From: Piedraia hortae CBS 480.64
Taxonomy: Eukaryota
Assembly (NCBI GenBank): GCA_010093745.1
Contig: MU005991.1
Coordinates: 47,728-67,727 of the forward strand
Direction: 5' to 3'
Length of the DNA stretch: 20,000 nucleotides
The position numbers and the translations under genes are program-made. Positions 8,347 through 18,422 of the stretch are shown here, piece after piece. The notes under the pieces were generated by a model. It had not been told where the DNA came from and did no database searches. It worked only from the letters and a program-made list of their open reading frames with translations. Position 1 is the first letter of the stretch, and each line of letters opens with the position of its first letter.

Positions 8347-11300
8347 TCATACTCCCGCTCCCTCCCGAACTTCATCCCGCCGATTAAAATCCCTATTTTC
8401 AACAGCCACGCTCCTCGTCTATCCCGTCAGTCCTGTCATCTTCTAAGATGTCAAAAAAACATACCATATGATTAACCTTCGACACACCAACCAACCTCGC
8501 AGCAAGCTCAAACATGTTATTCCGCAGCGAAATAACGATAAACTGCGCGTTTTTGGTGCGTTCTTTTATGTAAGCTGCTACGATTGATACCTGATCACGT
8601 TAGCCTAGGAGTTCCAAAAATTAAGCGGGTGGGTGGGTAAGAAGGGGGAGGGCGGGCTGTAGAAAGGTAAGGCGGTTGGCGAGCACTCGTTTAATGCGCA
8701 CTCACTCACTTCCTCCCTCCCTCCAGCCCCAGCCCAACACACTCCCTCCCCGCCGGTGCTAAAACTCACATTCCTATAATCCAACGCCGCATCAATCTCA
8801 TCCATGACATACACAGGCGTCGGCTTGAACAAATGCAGCGCAAAAACGAGCGCAAGCGAACTCAACGTCTTCTCACCGCCAGACAAATTCCCAATATTCT
8901 TCCACGACTTCTTGGGTGGCATGACGGAAAACAAAATTCCCTCCGCAAACGGATCAAGCGAATCAACGAGCTCCAACTCCGCATTCCCCCCCATCGTAAT
9001 CATCTGATACATTTCCTTTAGTTTCAGCGAAATATGGCTGAACCCTGCCATGAAGCCTTCAAGACGAAGCCGACGAAGGTCATCGAGACGACGCTTCGCA
9101 GTGTCTCGGGCGAGGAGGGCGGTGTTGAGGTCCGTGAGACGGGAGGTATGTTCGCTCACGCGGCGCTGGTATTCCGCTAGGACGGAAAGGTCGGTGGGGG
9201 AGGAAGAGAGGTGTTCTTCGAGGGTTGTGATCTCTAGTTTGAGGGAACTTTTGTTGAGGGAGGTTAATTCGTCTTTGGAAAGTTCGGGGACGGGGGATGG
9301 GAGGGAAGCTTCGCCAGTGGGGGCGTAGGTTTGTAGTGTTAACTTGGAGTGTTGGTCACGCCAGTGCGCTGAGCGCTTTGTGTTTTCGAGTAGGATGCGT
9401 TCAGATTCGGAGAGGCGGGTGCGAATTGAGAGGGTTGTGCTTCTTGCTTCGTTGAGGGAGGCGCGGAGGGTGTCGAGGGTTGATTTTAGGGCTGATAGTG
9501 AGGATTTTTTCTCTTCGAGGGTGAGAGCGGCTTCGTCGGCTTGGTCGCGAAAGTAGCGCGTGTTGGCGTTTTGCGAGGAGAGGTCGGATTCGATCTGGTC
9601 ACGCTCGGAGGAGGATTTCTCCAGCTCCACTGTCGCTTCTGCCAAGGCCTTTTCGTGCTTGGACTTGGATTTTAGGGCTTTGGTTTTGGTCACTTCGGTG
9701 GTGCTGAGGCTTTCGGTAAGGGTGGCGATTTGTTCTTTCAGAGAATCGACTTTGCTCTTCTGTGACCGTAACTTGACACCGCCAACTTCCATGATCTTGT
9801 CTTGGAGTTGTTTGATTTCCTCTTCGACTCCACCGGTTTCGGATTGGAGCTGCGAAACTTCGCTTTGCAGCTTTTCGATTTTGCCCTCTAGCTTTTCCAT
9901 TTCAGTCTTGTCGGTTTTGGAAGGCTGGGAAACGGCGCCGAGTTCTTGCATCCGTTTCTTGGCATCGGCAATGTTGCGTTCGATACTGTCCAGTTCCAGA
10001 TCGGCTTTTTGGGTCCGCGTCTCGAGCTTGGGTTGCTGCTCTTGGAGTTCGTGCAGTTGAGTCTCCAACTCGCGTTTGCTCTCTTGCAGTTCATCCAATT
10101 GCTTCTCCAGAACATGACGATCTTCGTCCATTTTGACAACTTGCTCCCTTGTGACGTCTGAAGCAAGTTTAGCCGACATGCCTCCCTTGGCCACTTTGGT
10201 TCCTCCACCGCTCATTGTTCCCGACTTGTCAATAAGCTGACCGTCCAACGTAACCACACGCCACTTCTTTGCCCCGTATGCAATACGGTTAGCCTGTTCC
10301 AGGTTTTTGGCCACCAGGGTATTCTGCAAAATACTGTAAAAAGCCGGCAGGAATCGATCATGTCTGCTCTTGATCAGATCAAACAGACGGGGCACATTCT
10401 CCGGCGTCTGAACAGCTGACAGATCCCGCTGAGGCAGCTTATCCAGCAAGATAAAATTTGCCCTCCCGAGATTGTTCTTCCGTAAGTACTCGATGCACTG
10501 CTGTCCAATCTCGACATTGTCAACCACCAAGTTGTCCAGCGAAGGACATGCCGTGGAGATAGCAACATCAAACTTTTGATCAATAGTTCCTAGGTTGCCC
10601 AATCTGCCATGGAAACCCTCAATACGACCAGACTCTTTCAGCCGAGTAAGCCCCGAGAGAACAGCACCTTGACTCTGCGCAGCAGCCAGACTAGCATGAG
10701 CTTCATCAGCCTTTTGTCTCGAATTAGACAATTTACTCTTCAACGCAGGTTCCTGAGCTGCGAGCATCTGAATCTGTTTCTTCACAGACGCCGCATTCTT
10801 AGCGACAGCCACCAACTTCTTCTTCGACTCTTCAAGCTCAGCGGAGGTAGCTTTCCGTTGTTCAACCAGACCCTCGATCTTGGCTTGGACCTCCGCAACA
10901 GCAGTAGCACCAGCGTTTTCCCTCTCGCGGAGCATGTCTAGCTCGCTCTGCGCAACGGCAATAGCAGATTGCTTCTCACTTATCTTCGCATTCCACGGTT
11001 CAAGCTGTCTCTGCTTGGCGGCAATCTTATCACTGAAACCCTGCGTCTTCCCTTTGAGCCCCTCAACAATAACACCAAGCTGCCTGTCCTCAACCGCCAT
11101 TTCCTTTTCCAACCCCTCAATCTCAGCCGTCAAGCGCACAAGATCATCACTCGCATTCTTAATCAACGTCTCCGACTCATGAATTCCAAACTTTGACGCC
11201 TCGAACGTCTTCTCCAACTTCTTGGCTTTATTTAGCAGAAATTTCTTCTTCTCCTCAAACTTGACCGTCTCCTTGTCGAGCCTAGCCATCTCTTTAAGCA

Positions 11301-12912
11301 CAGAAGCCGTCTCCTTCTCCAGACTCTGATACTCCTTCGACCCGGCATCATACAACTTCTCAAGCCTCTCCATCTCAGCCTCACTCCCACCATGCTTCTC
11401 CTCTTCCGCAACCAACTCCAGCTTAATCTGTTCAATTGCCTCAGTGGTAACCTGCATATTGTCCGCGCATTCAGCGATATACAGCTGGTATAGCGCAGAC
11501 TGTTTAAGCACAAGTTCATTCTCATCGTGAATGTACTTTAATGCCGCGTCCTTCTTGCTCTCTAGACTCGCCTTTTCCTTTTCTACATGTTGGACGCGAT
11601 TTAATTTCTCCTGACACACGTCATTGAGCGTCTCCGTCTCTGCTGCGGCTTCTTCGATGGGGGTTTTGTACTTCGACGTCCCGATAATGTCTTCTAGGTA
11701 TTCTAGTAGACCGTCGTCGTGCTCGTTTGCGGCTTTGGGTTTCATCTGGGCAATGGATTCGACTTCTCCCTGTAGGATGAGGAAGCGCTTGTGGTCGAGG
11801 TCGATGCCACGGCCTTTGAGGAGGGTTGTGACGGTTGTGAAATCGGAGGTTTTGTCATTGATGTAGTATTTGCTGCTGTTGTTTTTGAATGCGCGGCGGG
11901 AGACGACGAGTTGGGAGTTGGGGACGGGTATGCTTTCGCCGTTGGGTTGGTCCATGACTTCTTGGAAGTGGACTTCGACCTCACAGTGGTCTAGGTCGGG
12001 ATATTGGGCGGAGTTATGGATGAGAGCGGAGATTTTGCCTTGGCGCATTTTGCTTGCGCGGAAGCCGAAGACGAAGAGGAGGGAGTCGATGACGTTGCTT
12101 TTGCCGGAGCCGTTGGGTCCGACTACGGAGGAGAAGGTGGCATGGAAGGGACCGATGACTTGCCTTCCAGCGTAGGATTTGAAGTTTGAGAGGACCAGGT
12201 GGGTTATGACTAGACGGGGTCTGTTTTCTGCTGGTTCTTGGGACTGCGGGATGCCCAATGCTTTGGTCCGGACGACGATGTCCATTGGTCGTTCCATTTT
12301 TGTGGTTGTTGGATCGATTTTTTTGATTTCAGTCTTGACAATGGGTGAGCGAGCCCGCGGGGTTGGTATTCCAGCCTCGACAGCTGCCGTCTCTTCAATG
12401 GGAGGGGCGTCTTCCATTTCGACATCTTGGACTCCCGTCTGGACGTCCGTTGCGCCTACAGTAGTGTCTATCCTGACCTCCGTCATGACTGTAGCCTCCG
12501 TCTGATCCAGAACCTGCGTCTTCTCTACTCCAGTCTCTCCCTCCTCTGCCTTGCCATCCTCAGTGATTGTCGTCTCTTCAGCAGACGTCGATTGCGGCTG
12601 CTGCACTTCCTCCCTCCTCGCATTCCTCGCCAATCTCGCCGCTCTAGCCTCCTTCATCGTCCTCCTCTTAGGCGGAGCTTTCTTCTCCGGACTTTCAATC
12701 GCATGAGCCGGTTGACTGAAAATCTCTGGAGACTCAATCTTATCCGCAGCAGCAGTTGTCCTCGTTCGCCTGGTGGTATTCCTTGTTGTAGCTTTTCTCG
12801 GTGAGGATTTCACATCCTCCCTTTGGGTAGGAATTTCCGTCTCATCTTCGTCTTCAACAACTTTCCTCCGCGCCGCAACTCTCCTGGACGATCGAACTGG
12901 CGATGTTGGCAT
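8347..12912 (-). CDS. SMC4: Condensin subunit Smc4/Cut3, 1446 aa; exons 12912-8770, 8590-8465, 8418-8347
   Basis: Walker A GPNGSGKSNVIDS, Q-loop FLILQGEVESI, hinge GFHGRLGNLG..SGTMSGGG, signature LSGGEKT, Walker B VMDEIDAALD. Intron 1 8769-8591 (179 nt, GTGAGT..GCTAAC..CAG) and intron 2 8464-8419 (46 nt, GTATGT..ACTGAC..TAG) restore DYRN|VSIVAAYIKERTKNAQFIVISLRNNMFELAARLVGVSKVNHM|TRSVAVENRDF..; TGA at 8349-8347. About 230 aa of disordered N-terminus with S/T-P sites. Confidence 0.96.
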
Positions 12913-13049
12913 GACTATAGATTGCTACTGTCATCAACATCTACGATGTAAACAATGCGACCAAAAGGGTTTAGCGTGGCGCGTCTGTAAGCCAACCCAC
13001 AAAATCTGATATACAACCATAGCGTAGGAACTAAGCATATAGTAGGATA
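12913..13049. promoter_or_regulatory. 137-bp divergent promoter/UTR region between SMC4 and the uncharacterised gene
   Basis: Head-to-head ATGs at 12912(-) and 13050(+). One MCB-like core CGCGT at 12980-12984 (weak evidence). Confidence 0.55.
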
Positions 13050-14062
13050 ATGGTAAGCAGCCTATAGACTCCATAGCCCCCCCTAAGCGCATACAGACTC
13101 CGCACCGCTTTCTCACTTCCCATCCCAAACATGACACTTCACCACCCGCACCAAAGTTCCAGAAACCCTCCAACAAACGAAGCGCATCACCCCCATCAAC
13201 ACAAAATGCGCGGTTATTCCAAAAGCGAGCGGTTGAAGAGACAGTTCCGCAGCCACCACCCTTTCTCAGATCGACACAACCAAAACGACTGTCTGAGCAA
13301 TTCACTTCAACACCCAGGTTCGCAAGCAATAAGGAGGAGAAACGAGAAGTCGTAAATGCATTCCGCACATCGACTCAGGCTGAGGGTGTTGATGAAGACG
13401 CGGAAATGCTCCTAACAACCACACCCCTACACACCACCCTCCCCTTCTCCCCGAAACGACCTAGGCTGGCTTTCGAGGACGACATCTCACCCATCCACAG
13501 ATCCGTGTCTCCCACCCAAGAAACGGTCTCAGACGAACTCATCTCCCCCAAACCCTACCCCCCACAGACTCCCATCCCGTTCCACCTCCAGCCATCGCAA
13601 TCATCAAGGGCGCTATTCAAACACACCGAGTCAACCCACCCAGAACCGTCCTCGAGGGTATTGTTTAAACCACCCTCCCACCCTCCCCCTCCACCAATCA
13701 CAGACGCCTTCTCGCCCCGGAAGAGGGGCAGATTGGTGCCGGGGGGGATGGCAGCTACTGTGCAGACTTTCATCCTCGACGCACCATACCACTCTCACGA
13801 GGAGGTTGTGTTCAAAGTAAGGCAGGTGGAAAGGGGACCACCGCATTTTATTCGGACGATGGACGGGCGAGGGGTTTTGTTGGTTGCTGGGAGGGTTGAA
13901 ATTGGAGATTGGGTGGAATTAAAACCGCCAACGTGGGATGTTGAGGTTAATGGGGAGGGGTGGATTGTGGGGGTGGAGTATACTATTCAGGGGGGGAAGA
14001 TGACCATCGTGGATGGATATAGAATTCCGGAAGGACGTGAGATTCACAATGGGGAAAGATGA
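13050..14062 (+). CDS. Uncharacterised conserved-looking fungal protein, 322 aa; Pro/Ser-rich N-terminus and predicted beta-rich (OB-like) C-terminus; exons 13050-13052 and 13097-14062
   Basis: The frame of ORF 13406..14062 is open 103 codons further upstream, to 13097. ATG 13050 is followed directly by GTAAGC..CCTAAG..CAG (44-nt intron), giving M|TPHRFLTSH... Motifs QFTSTPRF, DAFSPRKRGRLVPGGMAATVQTFI and VEIGDWVELKPPTWDVEVNGEGWIVG. Confidence 0.8.
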
Positions 14063-14358
14063 TGCTTGGGATGATTTCTTACTGAGATGTGGGGGGCAGG
14101 ATGCCAAGCCGCCAAGCCACCCCACCGCAAAAAACGGGGCCAACACATCCCAACTCAAGTAAGTATACTCTAACAAAACCTCACATTGAGAAAAGAGGTC
14201 TGCCATTTGCACAACCAAACCCATCAAACTCACCAGTGCCCAACGCACCACCCATCGGTCAACAATGGAATCAAAAACATTACCTATCTAACTCCTAAAA
14301 AGCCTTGCAAAGCAGGTCTACTCCCACGCCATCCCTACTCCCCCCTTTCCTCTTCTGT

Positions 14359-17300
14359 CTACCCAGCAACCCTCTTCCTGCCCTCCCCCCACCCCACCAC
14401 AACCCCTGGCTTCGCATACGCACAGTACCTATCCCTAATCGCAACAACCTCATACGTCCCCTCCAACCCCGCCTTGACTCTAAGTATCTCCCCCTCCGAA
14501 ACCTCCTGTCTCATATCAAGCACAGCCCCCTTCTTCCCTCCCCTCTCCGTATTCCCCGATCTCGTATACACAAACTCAAACGGCGGGGTACCCGCAAACT
14601 CAAACAAAATCTCTGTTTCCCCGCCTTCATGCAGATCCACGTATCCCTCCCTCCCATGCGAGACCCTCACTGAAGGCATACCATGAATAACCCTCGAAAT
14701 ATTAACTTTCGCTTCGCAATTCGACGCTGCGTCCGCAATCGCGGTGATAGTCAATACTCCCGGCTTCTCCGCTAGTCGGCGGAACGTAGCGCCCTTCGCG
14801 ACCGCTTTCCTTTCACTATTCTGGAAGGTGTAGAAGATATTAAACGGCGCTGTGCCCGACAGGGCGAAATTTATACGTTCGCCAACGCAGTATTCCGATT
14901 TAGTGTCGAATGGTGTGATGGTAGGCGCATCGTGGACTGAGATCTGCACCCTCGACGTCGCACTATCTAAGAGTCGGCTGCAGCCGTTAGAGTCGCTTAC
15001 TCTTCGAAGCGAGAGCGACGACCTCCCCAGCTGGAGCCGACTATGCGGGATTCTAATCTCATGTTCCGTACTTGGAATATTCGGAATTCGGATCAACTCC
15101 GGCCGGCCGAGCTGGTGGTGGCGGATTTCGAGTTCGAGGGTGAATGGAGGTTGACCGTAGAGTTGGATAGGGATGACTTCTTCGCCGGAGGCTTCGTCGG
15201 TGCAGTAAGAGTATGATTTGCCGGGGTGGAGGAATGAGGCTGAGGGACGGGCATTGACGCGTTGGGTGATTTTTAAGGGGGAGAAATGCTTCGCATTGTG
15301 GTCGTAATTGGAGTCTTCGAGGGAGTCGAGGTGATAGGTGTAGAGGCCGGATTGGGCGGTGTCCATGCGGAGGGAGGCGGAGTGTAACGAGGCGCGGAGA
15401 CTGCGTTTTTTGGGAGCGATCGCTCCGCGGTCGAGTTTGGTGTGTTGCGTGTAGGAGAGTTGGAAGGGGGGTGTGCCGGTAAAGAGGACCTCGGCGCTGT
15501 CGTCCTCACCCTCGCAGATGTCGGATTTGGAGTAGGTATGGCCGCTTCGCTCGGGGAGGTCGGAGATGCGGACTGTGGGGCGGGTGATCCAGTTAATGTC
15601 GAAGTTTTGGGCGGGGGTGTCGACGATGCCCGGGCAGACGGAGTCGTGGACTTCGAGGAGTTGGTAGGTGCCCGCTTTGTCGACTCTGATGCGATGATTG
15701 GGCTGGGTGGCTTGGACGGTGTGCTCTTGACCCGTTGGGTCGGCGTATTTGATTGTCCAGGGACCCTCGCCTACCAGACGAAGCGGAAGTTCGACATTCT
15801 TGTCCTCGAGCGTGTCAATTGCCCGCTTGCCTTCGAGCTGACCGAAGCCAACCTTGGGCTTCTGATGTCGGACGTACAGTCGGCTCTGTTCTTGCAGAAA
15901 CTCGCTACAGCCCATGCCATCTGTAATGGACTTCAAGGCGAGAATGTATTCGCCGCCATCGTGCAGTGTCGGCGTATCAATCTGCACGCGAGGACTCGTC
16001 TGATTCTTCATCCTAAATTCCTCCCTCTTGCCGTTATGTATGAGCTCGTAATCTAGCGTAAACGGACCCTCACCGTGGAGGGAGACATCAAACTGGGCCG
16101 CTTCGTCAATGCAAGCAACCTTTGGATGTGAAGCACTGATAGACGCCGACGCAGCCGGCTTGACATTTTGCGTCAGCCGCTGGCCGGAAATCCTCTGTGC
16201 TTTGTAGACTGCATCGCTGACTTCGACAAAGTCGTACGTGTATTCACCCGCCTCTCTTGGTGTCAGTTCGATCTGACCACGCATGCCGTGGATCCGTTCA
16301 ATGGCACTTGTGTGGTACCGTTCGCCTTTTCTAGTCATCTGGTATTGGACATCAAACGGCGGCGTCCCAATGAGATCCAGATCAACACGAAGTCCGATAG
16401 AACTACCGGCACATTTGTCAAAAATCTCCTCTGCTGTAACCTTTAGCTGCGGCTCTGGCGGGTTCTCGATCAGACAGGCTGCCGGCTCAAGCACCTCTCC
16501 AGGGCAAAATTCCGTAGAAATGCCCGTGATGGTGTACATCCCGGCCTCGGCGACGGTGGGATTGGACTCGCCGCTCTTGATGGTAAATCGGTTGCTTTGG
16601 CCGGGTGTGCCTTTTTGATCTTTGACCGGAGTAAAGACATAGTCAATGTAATATGTCCCATCCGGCATGGCTTCACGACCGCTGGAACCGAATTCAACGG
16701 GCAGCTCAGTCGAGCGACCTTTGGCCACTTTGAGCGGGTTCTGGCCACTGCAGCCGCGGAGACTGATTAATGGACGCTCATGCACGGCAATAGACTGGTG
16801 CAGATGAGGCGCCTTGGACAAATGCCGCTCAGAATATTCGTGGTCGTGGTCAGTGTATTCGACTTTATTACCCAGGCCGTCAATGACTTCTGAGAGCGAA
16901 TACACCCAGCGTCCTGTCGTGCCTAAAGATTCACTTATGGGCACGGTAAGCTGGCGAGGTCTGACCCAATCTACCTCAATTTTCTGCGAAATCTTGACCA
17001 GAGTGTCAGTCTTCCCAAAAGGCGATGAAAAGTCATCGGGCTGAATGCTCTCGAATGTGGACTCTTGGACCTGGTGATTGACCATTCGCCTGTACTTTGC
17101 GCGCAGCGGAGGAGTTCCCGTCACCTGCAGCTCCACACTCGACAACTCTCCCTTGCACCGGTCAGCTTTTGCCTGTAAGAGACTGGCCTTTGGGCACGGA
17201 ACGACGACTGTTTGTCCTCTTCGTTTTCTGGCGACTTCCAAATTCGACTCGTCAATCACTTTAGACAGCGAATAAACACCGGGCTTCCTGACCGTATAGT

Positions 17301-18189
17301 AGAGCGTCTTGGGCTCGTTGGGCTTGTCACTGTACGTCGTCAATCTGGAAGCTTCCTTGTGCATCCTCTTAATCTGCGACTTGGAGATTGTCAGCGTCTC
17401 GTTTGCAGACGTGCCCAGATCCACGCGTTGGATTTCCATTAAAATCGGGTTAGTCGAGTTGATTGTGATGGGCAATTTGGCCTCTGGACGCGAAGAATCA
17501 AGACAAAAAGCCGCCCCGTGTGCATTCAAAACGGCGGACCCCTCAGGCAAAATGTGGATAATCTGCCGTCCCAGAATCAGCGATTCATTGAATTCAATCG
17601 TTCGCGGATTCACACGGTGTTCGTTAACCGCCAGTTCATACGCCCCCCATAAACTCCTCCCTACCAAGGCGAACCCAGCGCCGATCGGGATGGATACGCG
17701 GAACATCATGAGCGCATTGGCCACAGCATGGGCGCAGAACAGCAGAACAATCGTTGCGGAGCTCCATTCTAACCACGGAATGCGCAGTGACGGCAGACCA
17801 AACAGCCACAGGCCATCAATAGCCACCCATTTCATAAACAACCAAAGACTCTGCTCTTCCGACTCCTGCAAGTTCGAAAAATCGTAAATCTTCCACGACC
17901 ACAACGCGACCCAAATCGTGAACGCATACAACCTCTGCGTCGGGGCCTCAATCAACGACTCTGGGATATACGGTTCGTCCGGCGGCGGCAGGGGTTTCTT
18001 GTCCAACTCCGAAATATCTCTTACTTCTCTCCGTATCATCCTCCCCGATCGACTCAATCCATTGCTCCCGCCTGACCGACTCAAACCACCCGCACTCCGA
18101 TTCAGTCCCTCCCAATCTCTGTACTGTTGTCTCTGGGATCTGCTTGGAGTCGCGGGATACGCGCTTCTTAGCCGCGGCGTTCCCTCCAT
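14359..18189 (-). CDS. POM152: Nuclear pore membrane protein Pom152, 1276 aa, no intron needed
   Basis: First ATG at 18189 (the ORF track starts at an upstream TTG). MEGTPRLRSAYPATP; IEAPTQRLY; hydrophobic block WLFMKWVAIDGLWLFGLPSLRIPWLEWS; ILGRQIIHILPEGSA; repeated Ig-like luminal modules (C..G.PPF...Y...G.Y....V.D..C). Confidence 0.93.
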   Translation of the reverse strand: MEGTPRLRSAYPATPSRSQRQQYRDWEGLNRSAGGLSRSGGSNGLSRSGRMIRREVRDISELDKKPLPPPDEPYIPESLIEAPTQRLYAFTIWVALWSWKIYDFSNLQESEEQSLWLFMKWVAIDGLWLFGLPSLRIPWLEWSSATIVLLFCAHAVANALMMFRVSIPIGAGFALVGRSLWGAYELAVNEHRVNPRTIEFNESLILGRQIIHILPEGSAVLNAHGAAFCLDSSRPEAKLPITINSTNPILMEIQRVDLGTSANETLTISKSQIKRMHKEASRLTTYSDKPNEPKTLYYTVRKPGVYSLSKVIDESNLEVARKRRGQTVVVPCPKASLLQAKADRCKGELSSVELQVTGTPPLRAKYRRMVNHQVQESTFESIQPDDFSSPFGKTDTLVKISQKIEVDWVRPRQLTVPISESLGTTGRWVYSLSEVIDGLGNKVEYTDHDHEYSERHLSKAPHLHQSIAVHERPLISLRGCSGQNPLKVAKGRSTELPVEFGSSGREAMPDGTYYIDYVFTPVKDQKGTPGQSNRFTIKSGESNPTVAEAGMYTITGISTEFCPGEVLEPAACLIENPPEPQLKVTAEEIFDKCAGSSIGLRVDLDLIGTPPFDVQYQMTRKGERYHTSAIERIHGMRGQIELTPREAGEYTYDFVEVSDAVYKAQRISGQRLTQNVKPAASASISASHPKVACIDEAAQFDVSLHGEGPFTLDYELIHNGKREEFRMKNQTSPRVQIDTPTLHDGGEYILALKSITDGMGCSEFLQEQSRLYVRHQKPKVGFGQLEGKRAIDTLEDKNVELPLRLVGEGPWTIKYADPTGQEHTVQATQPNHRIRVDKAGTYQLLEVHDSVCPGIVDTPAQNFDINWITRPTVRISDLPERSGHTYSKSDICEGEDDSAEVLFTGTPPFQLSYTQHTKLDRGAIAPKKRSLRASLHSASLRMDTAQSGLYTYHLDSLEDSNYDHNAKHFSPLKITQRVNARPSASFLHPGKSYSYCTDEASGEEVIPIQLYGQPPFTLELEIRHHQLGRPELIRIPNIPSTEHEIRIPHSRLQLGRSSLSLRRVSDSNGCSRLLDSATSRVQISVHDAPTITPFDTKSEYCVGERINFALSGTAPFNIFYTFQNSERKAVAKGATFRRLAEKPGVLTITAIADAASNCEAKVNISRVIHGMPSVRVSHGREGYVDLHEGGETEILFEFAGTPPFEFVYTRSGNTERGGKKGAVLDMRQEVSEGEILRVKAGLEGTYEVVAIRDRYCAYAKPGVVVGWGEGRKRVAG

Positions 18190-18422
18190 TGCTGCCAACA
18201 CTCTCTACCAAACCCAGCGCGCTCTCAAATCCCAACGCGCCGTGCAGTTAATCTGGCGTTGTTGCTTCCCTACCCAATTGGGCGTAGCTTGTGACGTCAC
18301 ACAAACTGTAATAATTGACCCGTCCACATACAGCAACCCGTAACAATTAACCCACGTCAATCCGTAACATTACCCATCCAGCAATCAACAATGTCCCTCC
18401 CCCCAAAAAGCGCCAGCCCTCA
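18190..18422. promoter_or_regulatory. Divergent promoter POM152/UCH with a perfect ATF/CREB (CRE) palindrome
   Basis: TGTGACGTCACA 12-bp palindrome at 18290-18301 (core TGACGTCA); second palindrome CCCAATTGGG at 18273-18282. Confidence 0.6.

Noticed and set aside
8605..8769. ORF-track C-terminus of Smc4 (VSFSTGGEG..FWNS)
   Set aside because: Intron read-through; the conserved C-terminus is encoded by exons 8590-8465 and 8418-8347.
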